64,000 nucleotides of DNA from Nitrosopumilus sp. (GCA_965224195.1 OZ245040.1:896001-960000), one strand, 5' to 3'. Counted from the stretch's first letter, positions 1 to 11,221 are shown. Notes: generated from the sequence alone by a model not told the origin. Program-made: numbers and translations.

Positions 1-588
1 CGGTAAATCTGGCTTTCATAATGTTGGATTGATTTTGATCCCTTTAAACTAGCCTCATTATGATATACTGGTAAAATCATCCAAAAAATATCGAGATCTT
101 ATCAAAAATAATATGTCTATTCCCTTTAGAGTTAGTTGTTAGGAGAAATGGTGATTATAATTGCTTAGTGAAGAGGATCTTATTGCACGTATTTTGAAAA
201 TAAAACAACTCAAAGAAAATTGCTTCAAATATCTTGAAGAAAGTTCAAACCAATTATTAACTCAAAAAATCCTTTTTGCAATTTCAGAATTAACTGCTGA
301 AGAAATGGGTCCTGTAAAACTATCTCAAATTGCTCAAAAGACAACTGGTGAGAAGGACAAATTAAAACAAGATTTAGTTCGATTGACAATTGAAAAGTCT
401 CTTTTAAAATGTAGTCTAGTTGAGAAATTAAAATATGCATCAAATGATGTGAGGTATATTCTAACAGCATATCAATTTCAGAAAATTAAAGAAATTGATA
501 GTTTTAGAGATGAGAGTTCTCAGCCTTTGGGTGATGTATTTCAAATATCTAAAAACACTTGGCCAATCTCTGATAATTTTTATCTACT

Positions 589-1656
589 AGATAAGTTGTG
601 CAATTAGTCCAATTTGAGTATAATCTCAACATTTTCTAATCATAAGATCCAAAGCTAAGGCTGAATTATTTTCAATTCATGTTTAATTGCACAAACTGGC
701 AAAAAAACCAAAGCAATTCCTGCCAATAGCAGGACTGACTGTTCCACAGTTTGATTCCCTATACAAGGAAACAAAGAAAAATTGCAAAACTGCAGAACAA
801 AAGGGACTGTCCAAAAACAGAGAAAGGGACATTGGTGCAGGACACAAGTTTGACTTGTCCTTCAAAGGCAGAATTCTAATGTTTTTCATGTACTACAGAA
901 TGTACACAACATATGACATGCCAGGGATGACATTTGATTTGGACAAACCAAACGTAATGAGAAACATCGGATGTTTGGAGCCTGCAGTGAAGCAGTCCAT
1001 TGTAATTGCTGCCAAAAAATATGCAGACTCAAAAGAGATTAACGGCATGCAGGAACTGCAAGAATTCTTTCCGGAATTAATTGCAATCACTGATGGCACA
1101 GAACAGCCCATCCCAAGACCAAAAAACAAAAAGAAAAGAAAGGCACACCATTCAGGCAAAAAGAAAAAGCATGCAGTACAAAATCAAATCGCCATAAATC
1201 TTGATGGGATAACAATCCACAAATCTGCACATTCGCCTGGCAGCCATCATGATTACAGAATTTACAAATCAAAGCATCCAACATTATCTGAAGGGTTGCT
1301 GCAGTTTTATGATCCTGGATATTTGGGGATGGAAAAAGACTTTCCAGAACAGGCAAGTGTTTTGCCATACAAGAAAAAGAAAGGAAAAAAATTGACTGTT
1401 ACTCAAAAGGAGTGGAACAAGATGCAGTCAAAAATTAGAATAAAAGTTGAACGTGCTATTGCACAAGTCAGGCAATTTCGGATAAATCGCGATGTGTTTA
1501 GAAACAAATTATGCAGATATGATGTGACAAGTGAAATTGTTTGTGGGACTGTCAGTTTCAAGATTAAATGGAAAGAAGAATTCATTGCAATTCCATAAAA
1601 TTAAAAATTAAATGATAGAAAAGTTAGATTTTTGTTTGTAATTACGCAACTCATCT
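589..1656 (+). mobile_element. IS5-family (ISL2-like) insertion sequence
   Basis: Imperfect terminal inverted repeats agataagttgtgcaat / attacgcaactcatct with a short target duplication (ACT, boundary ambiguous by 1-2 nt). It encloses the transposase ORF. Confidence 0.8.
687..1598 (+). CDS. DDE transposase (HTH_Tnp_4 + DDE_Tnp_4 type)
   Basis: Motifs ITDGTEQPIPRP, HSGKKKKH, GSHHDY, DPGYLG and RIKVERAI. Confidence 0.9.
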   Translation: MHKLAKKPKQFLPIAGLTVPQFDSLYKETKKNCKTAEQKGLSKNRERDIGAGHKFDLSFKGRILMFFMYYRMYTTYDMPGMTFDLDKPNVMRNIGCLEPAVKQSIVIAAKKYADSKEINGMQELQEFFPELIAITDGTEQPIPRPKNKKKRKAHHSGKKKKHAVQNQIAINLDGITIHKSAHSPGSHHDYRIYKSKHPTLSEGLLQFYDPGYLGMEKDFPEQASVLPYKKKKGKKLTVTQKEWNKMQSKIRIKVERAIAQVRQFRINRDVFRNKLCRYDVTSEIVCGTVSFKIKWKEEFIAIP

Positions 1657-1839
1657 ACTATTAGCTAAAAAACATGGATATGAACAATCTTTAAAAAAAT
1701 TACATTCAGATTTTAATGGAGATATAATTCCACGTGGAAAATATGAAACTCTAAACAGTGAATATGCCAAATATTTGGATCAAATAAATGAAAAATTAGA
1801 TTCTACTTATTCTGGACTAGAAACATTGGTGATGACTGA

Positions 1840-3020
1840 ATGAAATTACTAGTAATTCTTGGTTTAGTTTTGCTTAGTTTTGTTTTGATGAATTATTCTA
1901 ATGATTTGGTGTATGCTCAATTTTCAAATCAGAATACTCTCAATGTAATCTTTGAAAATAATGTTTCTCCTTCATATGAAATGCCTCTAGTTCCAGGACA
2001 AACATTCACTCTAACTCAAAATCACTCTTGGGTTAATGATGAAACAAGTAGGTATAATCTTGAATCATATACTCTTGATGGTGAGAAAGTAAAAATTTCT
2101 AGAACTGCATGAGGAGATTTCACATTGAATATCTCAACTGATTCATCTCATGAAGTAGTCCTTTCAGCTGTACAACAATATGCCCTAAGTGTAGAGGGAA
2201 CAAATGATTCCTCTTTTCTTCCATCTTCTCCAACTAATGATAACTGGTTTGATGCAGGCTCTGAAGTATCATCATGTAAGAATCGAATAACAATTTTTTT
2301 TGTTTTAAATGATAACTGGTTTGATGCAGGCTCTGAAGTATCAGTTAACGTGCAAAAAACAACAGAAATTGAACCAAACAAGGTAGGACAAGAGATAACT
2401 GGCTGGTCATTAGACAAGGCAGAGTTTTGGGAAATAGATGATAATGGAAATACATCATTTACCACTCCTCCTGTATCTCTAAATGAATATCATTAGGTGA
2501 TTTCTTTGTTGCATATCAATACAAACTCAATGTAATTTCTGAATCTGGTGAAACTACTGGAAGTGGTTGGTATGAGCAGGGAATTACTGTCCCAATTGGA
2601 ATTGATGCAGGTGGAGATGGATTGGTGTTAAATTCTGTATCTGGATGGGATGGTGCAGATGTGACATATGATGGAAATATTGTCCAAGTGTTCATTGATG
2701 GTTCCGTAACTGTTTCAGCTAAAGTTGAAAAAAATTATTCTCTAATAATTGGAATGATTGTTATTCCAATATTGGTTATTGGTGTTGTTGGGTATAGAAA
2801 ATTCAAGAATAGACCTCCTATAGTAATTGAGAAGCCTGTTGAGCGAATTGTAGAAAAAGTCATAGAAAGAGTAGAGGCTCCGGAGAAAAAATATGAAGAT
2901 GGGTATGATAACAAACTCTCAGAATATTTATCAGAACAAATTCAATCAAAACTAGATGAGATGCTTTCATCTAAAATTATCTCTGAAACAAAATATTCAA
3001 AGATTAAAGAAACTCTATGA
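1840..3020 (+). pseudogene. Fragmented secreted, membrane-anchored protein
   Basis: Three consecutive ORFs (signal peptide, beta-rich repeats, C-terminal TM) broken by a TGA at 2110 and a frameshift near 2496. Contains the duplication+insert scar at 2236-2343. Confidence 0.75.
2236..2343. repeat. 36-bp direct duplication flanking a 36-bp insert
   Basis: aatgataactggtttgatgcaggctctgaagtatca at 2236-2271 and 2308-2343. Confidence 0.95.
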
Positions 3021-3077
3021 TCTCTTAAAAAATATCTGCAAAAATTTAAAATAAATTTAAGTTGGTATTTTTTTCTA

Positions 3078-4216
3078 CTACCAACATGAGTTCTGAGTAC
3101 CAGTTACCAATCCAGATGTAATACTACATGTTCCTGTGTTGGTTCCTATGAGCAATAGATCTCCACTTATCGAATTTGCAAGACCATCTATCAAAACATT
3201 TTGAGAATCTGTAATCTTAACAGTACTGCCAAATGTGTTGCCCGTAATGGTTATGTTTTGAGAATCAAAAATTTCCATTCCACTATCAATATCACTATTG
3301 GTAATTATCACTGGGTTTGAACTTGTTTCATCATTAACCTTGACAGCTCCATCAATGTCTGCACCGTTGATAGTAATTGAATTACTTCCACTCTCTGTAA
3401 TAACGTCGGATGAAACTCGTGAACCACTTTCCATTACAAGAGTTCCGCCTTGCATTTTGACGCTGCCAGTAACTGTACCGGTTCCTGTAATTAACCATGA
3501 TTGACCACTTGGAATATTCAAATCGCCACTGTGGGTTCCTGAAACAGTACCATCATATGCAGAATTTGTCGTAATACTTACTTGATCAGTATTCTGCAAT
3601 CCAGGAGTGCCATCATCAGTAACCGTTAATTCAAATACGTATGTCTTTGTGCTACCTGGAGTTGGGGAATCAAATGATGAATTTACAGTATCGTCATTGT
3701 TTAGTGTAAGGGTTTCTCCGTCAGCATCAATTATAGCCCAAGAGTATGTTGCAATTGCACTATCATCAGATGAACCTGTACCATCAAGATTCACAGTTAC
3801 TCCTTCTGTAACTGATTGATCAGGACCTGCATCTGCAGTTGGTGCATTATTTACACCTACATCATTTACTGTAATATCTACTGTATCTGCAGTAGATGAA
3901 TCACCATCATCATCAGTAACTATTAGTGAGAATGTCAAGGTTTCAGCATCTGCACCATTAGCTGGTGCAGTAAAGCTTGGGTGTGATGCGGTATTATCAG
4001 GAGATAATGTTACTGTAGTTCCTGCAGTTTGACTCCATGCATATGTGTCAACTGTTCCATCTGAATCACTTGATCCTAAACCAGTAAGATTGACAGCATC
4101 TCCTTCTGTAACTGATTGATCAGGACCTGCGTTTGAAGTTGGTGCATTATTTGCAGGAGGTGCACAGCCTGATAATTCATTACTTCCACTAATTTGATTT
4201 CCAGATACACCAAAGT
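3078..4216 (-). pseudogene. 5'-truncated PKD-domain surface protein
   Basis: Two PKD repeats (NNAPT.AGPDQSVTEG). The frame is open from ~4216 but has no start codon or signal peptide and is cut at the 42-bp repeat. Confidence 0.8.
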
Positions 4217-4258
4217 TTGATATTTAGAATACTGCATGTTCATAACAGATGCAACAGC
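4217..4258. repeat. 42-bp exact repeat, second copy at 30104-30145
   Basis: ttgatatttagaatactgcatgttcataacagatgcaacagc at both sites. Confidence 0.9.
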
Positions 4259-4315
4259 GCATGAAAAGTCAAAGTCCCAGATTATGCTGAAAATCGTAGT
4301 TTTAAGATCGGTTAA

Positions 4316-4423
4316 TTATAAGCGATCTAATACAATAACAAAAAATACTCGCACTGTATCAATGTGGTATAATACTTGCGATTTAAGATCAGATATATCA
4401 AAGATATATCATACTATAATATT
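4316..4423 (+). promoter_or_regulatory. Conserved upstream element shared with ~23006-23114
   Basis: attataagcgatctaata...tataatacttgcgat...agatatatcaaag...atatcatactataatatt-ATG AAACCTCAT occurs at both loci. Confidence 0.65.
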
Positions 4424-6496
4424 ATGAAACCTCATCTCTTGGCAGCAGTAGTATTGTTTTCTGCTGTATTGCTATTCCCTGCCAATGCATTTGCAAATAA
4501 TTATCTGCCAGGAGATGATAATACTGATACGTTTACTGGAAACAACGAGTTTGCAGATGACCATCCAGATTATACAAAGGATGGCAACTGGGAGACAAAT
4601 GAGACCGCCCTCAAAGAAGCTCACTCTGAAATAACAAATCTAATGACAACCCAAAACGATACCCCACTAGAACAGTATACGGGGCCTGACATCCCACTTA
4701 CAATGGTGTACATCGACGATGATACGCTGGTTGTGGGTCTTGACACGATGGCTGCATACTTTGATGTTCCAATAGAGCCAGAATATCTGCAGTTCTTTTT
4801 GGGCATAGATGAGCCAGTTGAGATAAAATATGTAGAGTTTCAGCCAGAGTCACATTCATCCCAAGACAGGATAAAACAATGGCAGGACAGGTACAAAACC
4901 TCCTGTATGCCAGTAAAGGCTGGATACCAAAAGGTATGTGAGATATACAAAAGAACTATGATGCAACTTCATGTGCCAATACCTGCTACTACAACTACTA
5001 CACCTACCACACCTGTAGTTGCACCTCCTACACAAACCACAACACCTTGTGATGACAGCCCAAAAAGCAATACATGCTATTACTACAAGCTGTACCAGGA
5101 CAGATGTACTGAGGGCAAAACGTACAAGCGATGTGGCACGTATGCAACTATGATCAAAAACGCAGGATATGATCTGCCTACTAGTAGCGGAACTGTACCA
5201 ACACCAGTACCAACACCAGTACCAACATACGAACTACAAAATATTAAAACGATAAAGTCTGGTGATTCCATAAGGGTATCCTGGGATGCGCCATCTGACT
5301 TTACCGTAAAATACTACAAGATGTATGTATCTGAGAATGGTGGATATGCTGCATACAAGGGTAAGATAACAAACACTGCCACATCTTACACGCTATCTGG
5401 TGTGCAAGAAGGTAAAGAGTACAAGTTTAAGATAAAAATGTACTATACTAATCAGCAAGGCAGTACAAGCATCAAGTATTTCTACTCTGATGTTGTTAGT
5501 GTACCGGTAACCACACCAACATGTACTGGCTCGCAAATACTGCAAGGTAACGTATGTGTTGATAGATGTCCAGCTAGTAATGAGGAGTGGCGCAACGGCA
5601 TGTGTATTGTGGTGTCATGTCCTATAGGCCAAGTGATACAGAACAATGTTTGTATAACAGTACTAAAGCCAGTTGTGATTACACCACCTATACAACAATG
5701 TAATGTACCCTCTAATGGAACACAGACACAATCTGGTCTAAGCTGTTTATTGGGTATGAGTAGTGGTATATTACGTGGTGGAGAACCAATTCAAATAACA
5801 GGTAATGATGTCGGTTCACCTTCAATATTAAACTTACCTGCTGAAGGTACAGTTGGTATTGTTTTAGAACACAACAACACAAATGTAATGCTCACAAACT
5901 CACATGTAGTACATGCATTTAGAAACGTTGATAGTATATGGTTTTCTGCATTAGAGTTTCCATTTGGAAAAGAAATTGGTGATGTAATTGCAGATTCAAA
6001 TTACCATCTATTAAATACAATGTATACTGATGCAGCACTTGTATCCATTACTGATGATACCATAGTTGCACATGCTAACGAGATAAGATATAATGATGAT
6101 ATTCTCAATGTCACAGATTATGGCAATTACCATGATCTAGATATTGGTCATGAGTTATACATTGCTGGCAGACATAATGATGGTTTTGGTGGACTAGCAT
6201 ATTACAATGCGACTATTGTAATTGCTGTAGAGAATAAACCCAATACACATGTAACCCTTAAAAATATGGGTGTAGGTTCCTATCCTAGTCAAGGTGGAGA
6301 TAGTGGTGCACCTATATTCACTAATAATACTGATGGTACTGCTACCTTTATGGGCATGCATGTAGGACAAGGATGTGCAATAATGTTAGAAAAACAAAAT
6401 GATCGACTAATAGATTTTGGCAACTGTGCTGAACCACCGTTTAAGTTATTTACCCCTTGGGTGAATATTAAAGCAGAGTTTGGACTACAAAACTAA
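4424..6496 (+). CDS. Secreted multidomain protein: FN3, Cys-rich linker, C-terminal chymotrypsin-like (S1) serine protease
   Basis: Signal peptide MKPHLLAAVVLF..AFA, Thr/Pro linkers, FN3 (IRVSWDAPS..YTLSGVQEGKEYKFKI), and triad motifs TNSHV, TDAALV and GGDSGAP. Confidence 0.85.
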   Translation: MKPHLLAAVVLFSAVLLFPANAFANNYLPGDDNTDTFTGNNEFADDHPDYTKDGNWETNETALKEAHSEITNLMTTQNDTPLEQYTGPDIPLTMVYIDDDTLVVGLDTMAAYFDVPIEPEYLQFFLGIDEPVEIKYVEFQPESHSSQDRIKQWQDRYKTSCMPVKAGYQKVCEIYKRTMMQLHVPIPATTTTTPTTPVVAPPTQTTTPCDDSPKSNTCYYYKLYQDRCTEGKTYKRCGTYATMIKNAGYDLPTSSGTVPTPVPTPVPTYELQNIKTIKSGDSIRVSWDAPSDFTVKYYKMYVSENGGYAAYKGKITNTATSYTLSGVQEGKEYKFKIKMYYTNQQGSTSIKYFYSDVVSVPVTTPTCTGSQILQGNVCVDRCPASNEEWRNGMCIVVSCPIGQVIQNNVCITVLKPVVITPPIQQCNVPSNGTQTQSGLSCLLGMSSGILRGGEPIQITGNDVGSPSILNLPAEGTVGIVLEHNNTNVMLTNSHVVHAFRNVDSIWFSALEFPFGKEIGDVIADSNYHLLNTMYTDAALVSITDDTIVAHANEIRYNDDILNVTDYGNYHDLDIGHELYIAGRHNDGFGGLAYYNATIVIAVENKPNTHVTLKNMGVGSYPSQGGDSGAPIFTNNTDGTATFMGMHVGQGCAIMLEKQNDRLIDFGNCAEPPFKLFTPWVNIKAEFGLQN

Positions 6497-6776
6497 AAAG
6501 ATCATTATTCCTCTTTTTTCTTTGTATGTAGTTTTGTCATTATTAATTATAATATGGTTTTACGATGATAAAGACTTGTCTAAATGGTTGCCTGAACTAC
6601 AGAATTTTTACACTGCAATAAACAAGGATGAACAATTTATGTCGCATTGTTGTGAAGATGATAACCTATGTATAATACATCCACCTCCACATTATAATTC
6701 TATAACTGTGGATGCTGAAATTTGTGAGTTTATTGAAAAAAAACGATATGAAATGACACCTACAAAGTTACAGTGA
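6480..6776 (+). CDS. Small N-terminally anchored Cys-containing protein
   Basis: Hydrophobic N-terminus; overlaps the protease stop codon. Confidence 0.5.
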   Translation: MDYKTKKIIIPLFSLYVVLSLLIIIWFYDDKDLSKWLPELQNFYTAINKDEQFMSHCCEDDNLCIIHPPPHYNSITVDAEICEFIEKKRYEMTPTKLQ

Positions 6777-6800
6777 TCATACTATACCGTACACCTTGGC

Positions 6801-7424
6801 ATGATAACATCAGGCCATGCTGTAATACTTGAGGTTGATCAAAGACTACGCCATTATAGTCTTGGCAATTCAACCCATATCACAATGTTTACTGATGCAG
6901 TTGCAACAGCTATAGACTCTGGTAATGTTGATGCGGCATTTACGTCGGTAACTGATCCTGACATTGTTATTAATAATGATAAGATTGAAACTGCCAATGG
7001 CACACTAATCGATGTAATTGAAGGCTCTCTATTTGATGTTGACATTGAACAACCTTTGTCTGTATTTGGCATATATAGTGAGACTACTAATGGTATGTTG
7101 TTGTTTAACAACGCATCATTTAGTTTCATTCATAATGATGGTACAAGTGATATGTTTTTCAACATGGGTATTGGTTACTACAACAGTACTGGTGGTGATA
7201 GTGGGGCTCCTGTGATTTATAATGCAGAGAACGGTACAAACTATTTGATAGGTATACATAAAGGAACAATGTGTAATTTTGATCACAATCTCTTAAATGA
7301 CCAACTTATTCCCCCTATCACTACTACTCTTTGTAATGGTAATGATGTTGATGATGCTGTCAACGACGTCTATAGAGTGTTTAGCGCATGGGAAAATGTA
7401 AAGACTGCGTTTAGTCTACGATAA
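6801..7424 (+). CDS. Stand-alone S1 serine protease domain without a signal peptide
   Basis: TSGHAV, VDAAF, GGDSGAP, IGIHKG and a C-terminal WENVK paralleling WVNIK of 4424..6496. Confidence 0.8.
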   Translation: MITSGHAVILEVDQRLRHYSLGNSTHITMFTDAVATAIDSGNVDAAFTSVTDPDIVINNDKIETANGTLIDVIEGSLFDVDIEQPLSVFGIYSETTNGMLLFNNASFSFIHNDGTSDMFFNMGIGYYNSTGGDSGAPVIYNAENGTNYLIGIHKGTMCNFDHNLLNDQLIPPITTTLCNGNDVDDAVNDVYRVFSAWENVKTAFSLR

Positions 7425-7430
7425 TATAAT

Positions 7431-8003
7431 ATGTATTATAAAATACCATTAATTGCATCCCTAATCATATTAATTATAATTATTGTAGTATTATTTGCAT
7501 ATATTGAGAATAATTATCAGAAGACGTCTGAAGATCTAGTGCCACAAACATGTGCCACAATACAACCTGTAATGACGGCGTTGTATGATGAAAATTATGG
7601 GCAAGGACTTGATATAGCATGTAGTTATGAGGATCCAACAAGACCATTAAACATGACAATTTGTCAGTATGATCATACCTTATCCAAACGGATCTGTGGT
7701 GTAGAAATAACTGGTACCATGGTGCCAACATCATGTCCTGAAAACGATCTTACAACATATATCACACCACCACCATATGAAATTTGCTATAAAACCCCTA
7801 GTGGTGATGATGCACTAAAACATGCAGACATGATTTACCAAGAATGTCTGTCTGAGTGGTATGATTATTACATACCAGAATTCAAAGATGCATATTTGGA
7901 ATTAAGACGTACTGCCACAATAGATGTACGTGTTGATCATGCAAATTTTACAACACTTGAGGATTATTTGAAAGGACATTGTGAATTATTATATGGTGAG
8001 TAA
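7431..8003 (+). CDS. Membrane-anchored Cys-rich hypothetical protein
   Basis: N-terminal TM and eight Cys; starts 6 nt after the protease stop. Confidence 0.65.
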   Translation: MYYKIPLIASLIILIIIIVVLFAYIENNYQKTSEDLVPQTCATIQPVMTALYDENYGQGLDIACSYEDPTRPLNMTICQYDHTLSKRICGVEITGTMVPTSCPENDLTTYITPPPYEICYKTPSGDDALKHADMIYQECLSEWYDYYIPEFKDAYLELRRTATIDVRVDHANFTTLEDYLKGHCELLYGE

Positions 8004-8299
8004 TATACAGTGAAAAATTAAAAAATCCTATTTAATTAGTTTGGTGATTATTATCCTCTCCCAGCCCAATTAATATTGATAGTTATTTCTATATTTTTTC
8101 TATCCATATCAGTACTGATGTCTTTTGCAATTAAAAAAAGTTGTAGGTTCTATCCTTGGAAAAACATTATATCAGAGTTGGATCTTGAGCCTTAGTACAC
8201 TACAAGCTTCATTAATCGTTGGTCTTTCTGTTTATTTTGGATCTATAACAATAACTGTTTTTATTGCATATCTATACATACATCTACAACTGATTGCAT

Positions 8300-8416
8300 A
8301 TGAATAAAAAAATCGTTATTGCTGTTGGGATGGGTTCGTTTCTTTTGTACTGCCTTACCCTTTATGCATGGAGTTTGATAGTTGAGGAGGTTAGTCAGAA
8401 CCCAAGATTTGATTAA
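8300..8416 (+). CDS. Small hydrophobic peptide (MNKKIVIAVG...)
   Basis: 38-aa ORF with a paralogous start at 8558. Confidence 0.45.
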   Translation: MNKKIVIAVGMGSFLLYCLTLYAWSLIVEEVSQNPRFD

Positions 8417-8458
8417 CAATACCTAAGAATATTATAATCTCGATAAAGGAGTTAAGTA

Positions 8459-8554
8459 ATGCCCATTAGTACTGTAAAAGCATCTATATTAGTTGGTGTT
8501 TTGGTATTTGTTGCATCTTTTGGGTTGTTAATGCTAATTTCATATATCTCTTAA
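8459..8554 (+). CDS. Small single-TM peptide
   Basis: 31-aa hydrophobic ORF MPISTVKASILVGVLVFVASFGLLMLISYIS. Confidence 0.4.
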   Translation: MPISTVKASILVGVLVFVASFGLLMLISYIS

Positions 8555-8998
8555 ATCATGAATAAGAAAATTGTAATTATTGTAGGTGTTGTGTTTTTAT
8601 TGCATTTTGGTTAATCGTTATTGGCCTGTTAACAGCTGCAATGTATAACTCTATGCCCACATTTGACATACCGTAACAGCTACAACTGCAACACCAATCA
8701 AAGTCAAAATTTTTGAAGACATAAGCTTCATACAGAAATTATAATGTCTAAGTTATTTAAAATATTATAATTAGAAAACTGAAATAAATCAACGAGGCAT
8801 GAAAATCAAACAATCTTCTTATATGTAATCAAGTGCAAGTATGGATTCACGGGATAGAGACAACTTTTATCAGCTGTTTTCCCACATTAGCACATTCTCA
8901 TGAATCTACTCTTGTCAAGGTGTTGCAAATATATTTTGATATTATAAACCATTAATCTGAAAATACGTTATTATCCAAGATGTAAAACTTGGCATATA

Positions 8999-9277
8999 TT
9001 GCCAAACTTTTATTTTGACATTGAGATTACTGGGCTTGACCCATCAGAACACGAAATCATAACCATACAGTATGTAGAACTAAATGATCAGACAGGCAAG
9101 CGTGAAGGTGACTTGAAGATACTAAAGTCATGGGAGCTTGGCGGTGAGAAAAACCTCCTACAAAAATTCACAGATGACACAGAGATATCCTCAGGAATTA
9201 AAACAATACAAAGAATCTTCATTTACAAATCATGGACCGTATCTTATGGTTTATTCAAACGGTACTGCAATGATTGA
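8999..9277 (+). pseudogene. Truncated RNase H-like / DEDD 3'-5' exonuclease
   Basis: N-terminal FYFDIEITGLDP..EIITIQY motif; only ~65 aa are recognisable. Confidence 0.6.
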
Positions 9278-9442
9278 TGAAAATGGATGTGCACTTTACA
9301 TAGACACTGACCAAGTTTGTCGTCATACAAATTACATGACACAGCTCAGATCTAGCTATCATTTTAATTGGCCTTAAAATTGAATAAAAAAATTGTAATT
9401 ATTATATTAGTAATTTTTCTTACATTTTGGATAGGCAATGTC

Positions 9443-9575
9443 TTAAGATCTTTGCCTTTTAAGAAACCTTGCAGCAATATCCTCAATTTCTGACATGTCT
9501 ATTCTTTCAGACTTTGGGTGATTCACTGCAATGTACTCATCAACTACAGCCCTGCCATTCTCTGGGAAATAATGA
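9443..9575 (-). pseudogene. C-terminal fragment paralogous to 29924..30247
   Basis: VDEYIAVNHPKSERIDMSEIEDIAARFLKRQRS* versus LDKYIAENHPDSERIEISEIKNISARFLKRCQS*. Confidence 0.7.
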
Positions 9576-9589
9576 GATGTCAAGTCTTT

Positions 9590-10481
9590 TGCTCCTGCAA
9601 AGTTATCCAGAATAGACCTCTAGTTATCCATGTAATTGCAGTTGCTGCAAATATTATTAGAACAATTTTTTCATTTCTATTCCAATTTCCAAGATTTTTT
9701 AATTCTTCAGTGATTATGTTTTTGTCTTGGAGTATTGGTTTTTTGTTATCCAATCTTGCAGAAGTTGTCATGTATATCCATAATGCTAAAAGAGAAACAA
9801 CACTAACTGGAACTCCTACTAACATCCAATCAAAGAAAATTATCTCTACTCCTGCAAGCGAATCACCTAGAGAAGCAAAAGTGCATTAGGTGCAGTGCCA
9901 ATCATAGTTGACAACCCTCCCAGACTAGCAGCATATGCAACACTGAGTATCAAACATGTTGCAAATCTTTTTTTCTGTGCAACATCTGTTTGTGATATTA
10001 CTGCAACTGCAATTGGAAGAATTAACAGAGTAGTTGCAGTATTTGTAATCCAGGTACTCATGTATCCTGTAACAATTATGAATCCCAAAATGATATTTTT
10101 TGGTTTTGTTCCAACAATTTTCAGAGTGTTAAATGCAAATCGCTTGTGAAGATTCACTTTTTCTATTGTCTTTGCAAGTAGAAATCCACCCATTAGCAAA
10201 AATACCAACTTGTCACCATATGCAGAAATTACTTTGTCAATATCTGCCACATTAAACAGTGGAAATACAAACAATGGAATTGATGCAGTAACATAAAATG
10301 GAATTGCCTCAGTGGCCCACCAAATTGCCATCCATACAGATAATCCTAAAACAAGCTTTGCCTCAAAGGCTAATCCATCAATAGGGTATGAGATGATAAT
10401 AGAAAATAGAATTGGAGATAGTACAAACCCTATAATTCGTAGTTTACTGTGTAATGGACTCCAATTATTAAAATTAATCAT
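9590..10481 (-). pseudogene. SLC13/DASS Na+/dicarboxylate-sulfate symporter, N-terminal part
   Basis: WWATEAIP, LHKRFA, TNTATT and TMIGTAPNA motifs; frameshift near 9870 and truncation near 9600. Confidence 0.85.
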
Positions 10482-10507
10482 TAAAACAATTCATCTCAGA
10501 ATTTTAT

Positions 10508-11185
10508 CTATCCCAAAATACATGAATTAGATTCAGAATCAAAAACAGTGCCAGCACCACATTTTGAATCAATTTCATCTGAACCTTGTGTGTTCACACT
10601 ACCAATAACACATGCATTTGTTTCAGGATCAAGCACAGTACCAGCACCACATTTTGAATCAAATTCACCATAGAAAATATCTTCATCTTCAATTACAGAT
10701 GTAGAAATTGTATCTGATGAGGAATCTAGCGCATTATCAAAATACCCTAGAGAATATCCAGATCCAAATAGTATCAAGATTAAAACAGGAACTCCAATAA
10801 TAATTGGAATTTTTAGTGGAATTGATTTTGAGAAACTATTAAATTTTGATTCAGGAATAGGTTGTGGATTTGCACCTATTTCAAAAATAGAAGTTCCACA
10901 AAGCATACAAAAGTTAGCACCTAACGGACCTTTTTTTCCACATTTCCAACAATGAATAGTTTCTTCATTTTCAGGTTCGTTTTCAAAAACAATCTCATCA
11001 GTTTGTGTATCAGTAGTGTGTTTAGCCAAATATTTTTGTCGTAAGTTTTTTAGATAATTTTCATCAGTAATCCAGATTTTTTTATTTTGAATAAATGTCT
11101 GTTTGATATGTTCTAATCGATATGGATCACCAACATCCAATTTCAATAAAGTATTAACTTCATCTACAATATCTGTGGAATCCAT
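10508..11185 (-). CDS. Zinc-ribbon membrane protein with DSKCGAGTV repeats
   Basis: CWKCG..CMLCG, one TM helix and two Cys repeats. Confidence 0.75.
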   Translation of the reverse strand: MDSTDIVDEVNTLLKLDVGDPYRLEHIKQTFIQNKKIWITDENYLKNLRQKYLAKHTTDTQTDEIVFENEPENEETIHCWKCGKKGPLGANFCMLCGTSIFEIGANPQPIPESKFNSFSKSIPLKIPIIIGVPVLILILFGSGYSLGYFDNALDSSSDTISTSVIEDEDIFYGEFDSKCGAGTVLDPETNACVIGSVNTQGSDEIDSKCGAGTVFDSESNSCILG

Positions 11186-11221
11186 ATATTTCCTATTATG
11201 TCACGTGTCATTAAAAACTAA

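Larger units (their letters stand above)
161..1843 (+). pseudogene. Hypothetical protein split by an IS5-family element
   Basis: ORF 161..607 runs into the IS left end. Past the IS right end the frame resumes (LAKKHGYEQSLKKLHSDFNG...LETLVMTE*) and stops at 1843, overlapping the ATG of the next gene. Confidence 0.75.

Noticed and set aside
3807-4152. Repeated ccttctgtaactgattgatcaggacctgc
   Set aside because: Starts of tandem PKD domains.
5195-5227. 12-bp tandem repeat encoding VPTP
   Set aside because: Ordinary slippage in a Pro/Thr linker, with no insert.
10548-10670. Two copies of ccagcaccacattttgaatcaa, 90 bp apart
   Set aside because: In-frame protein repeat (DSKCGAGTV) with diverged flanks; period and divergence do not fit the scar class.
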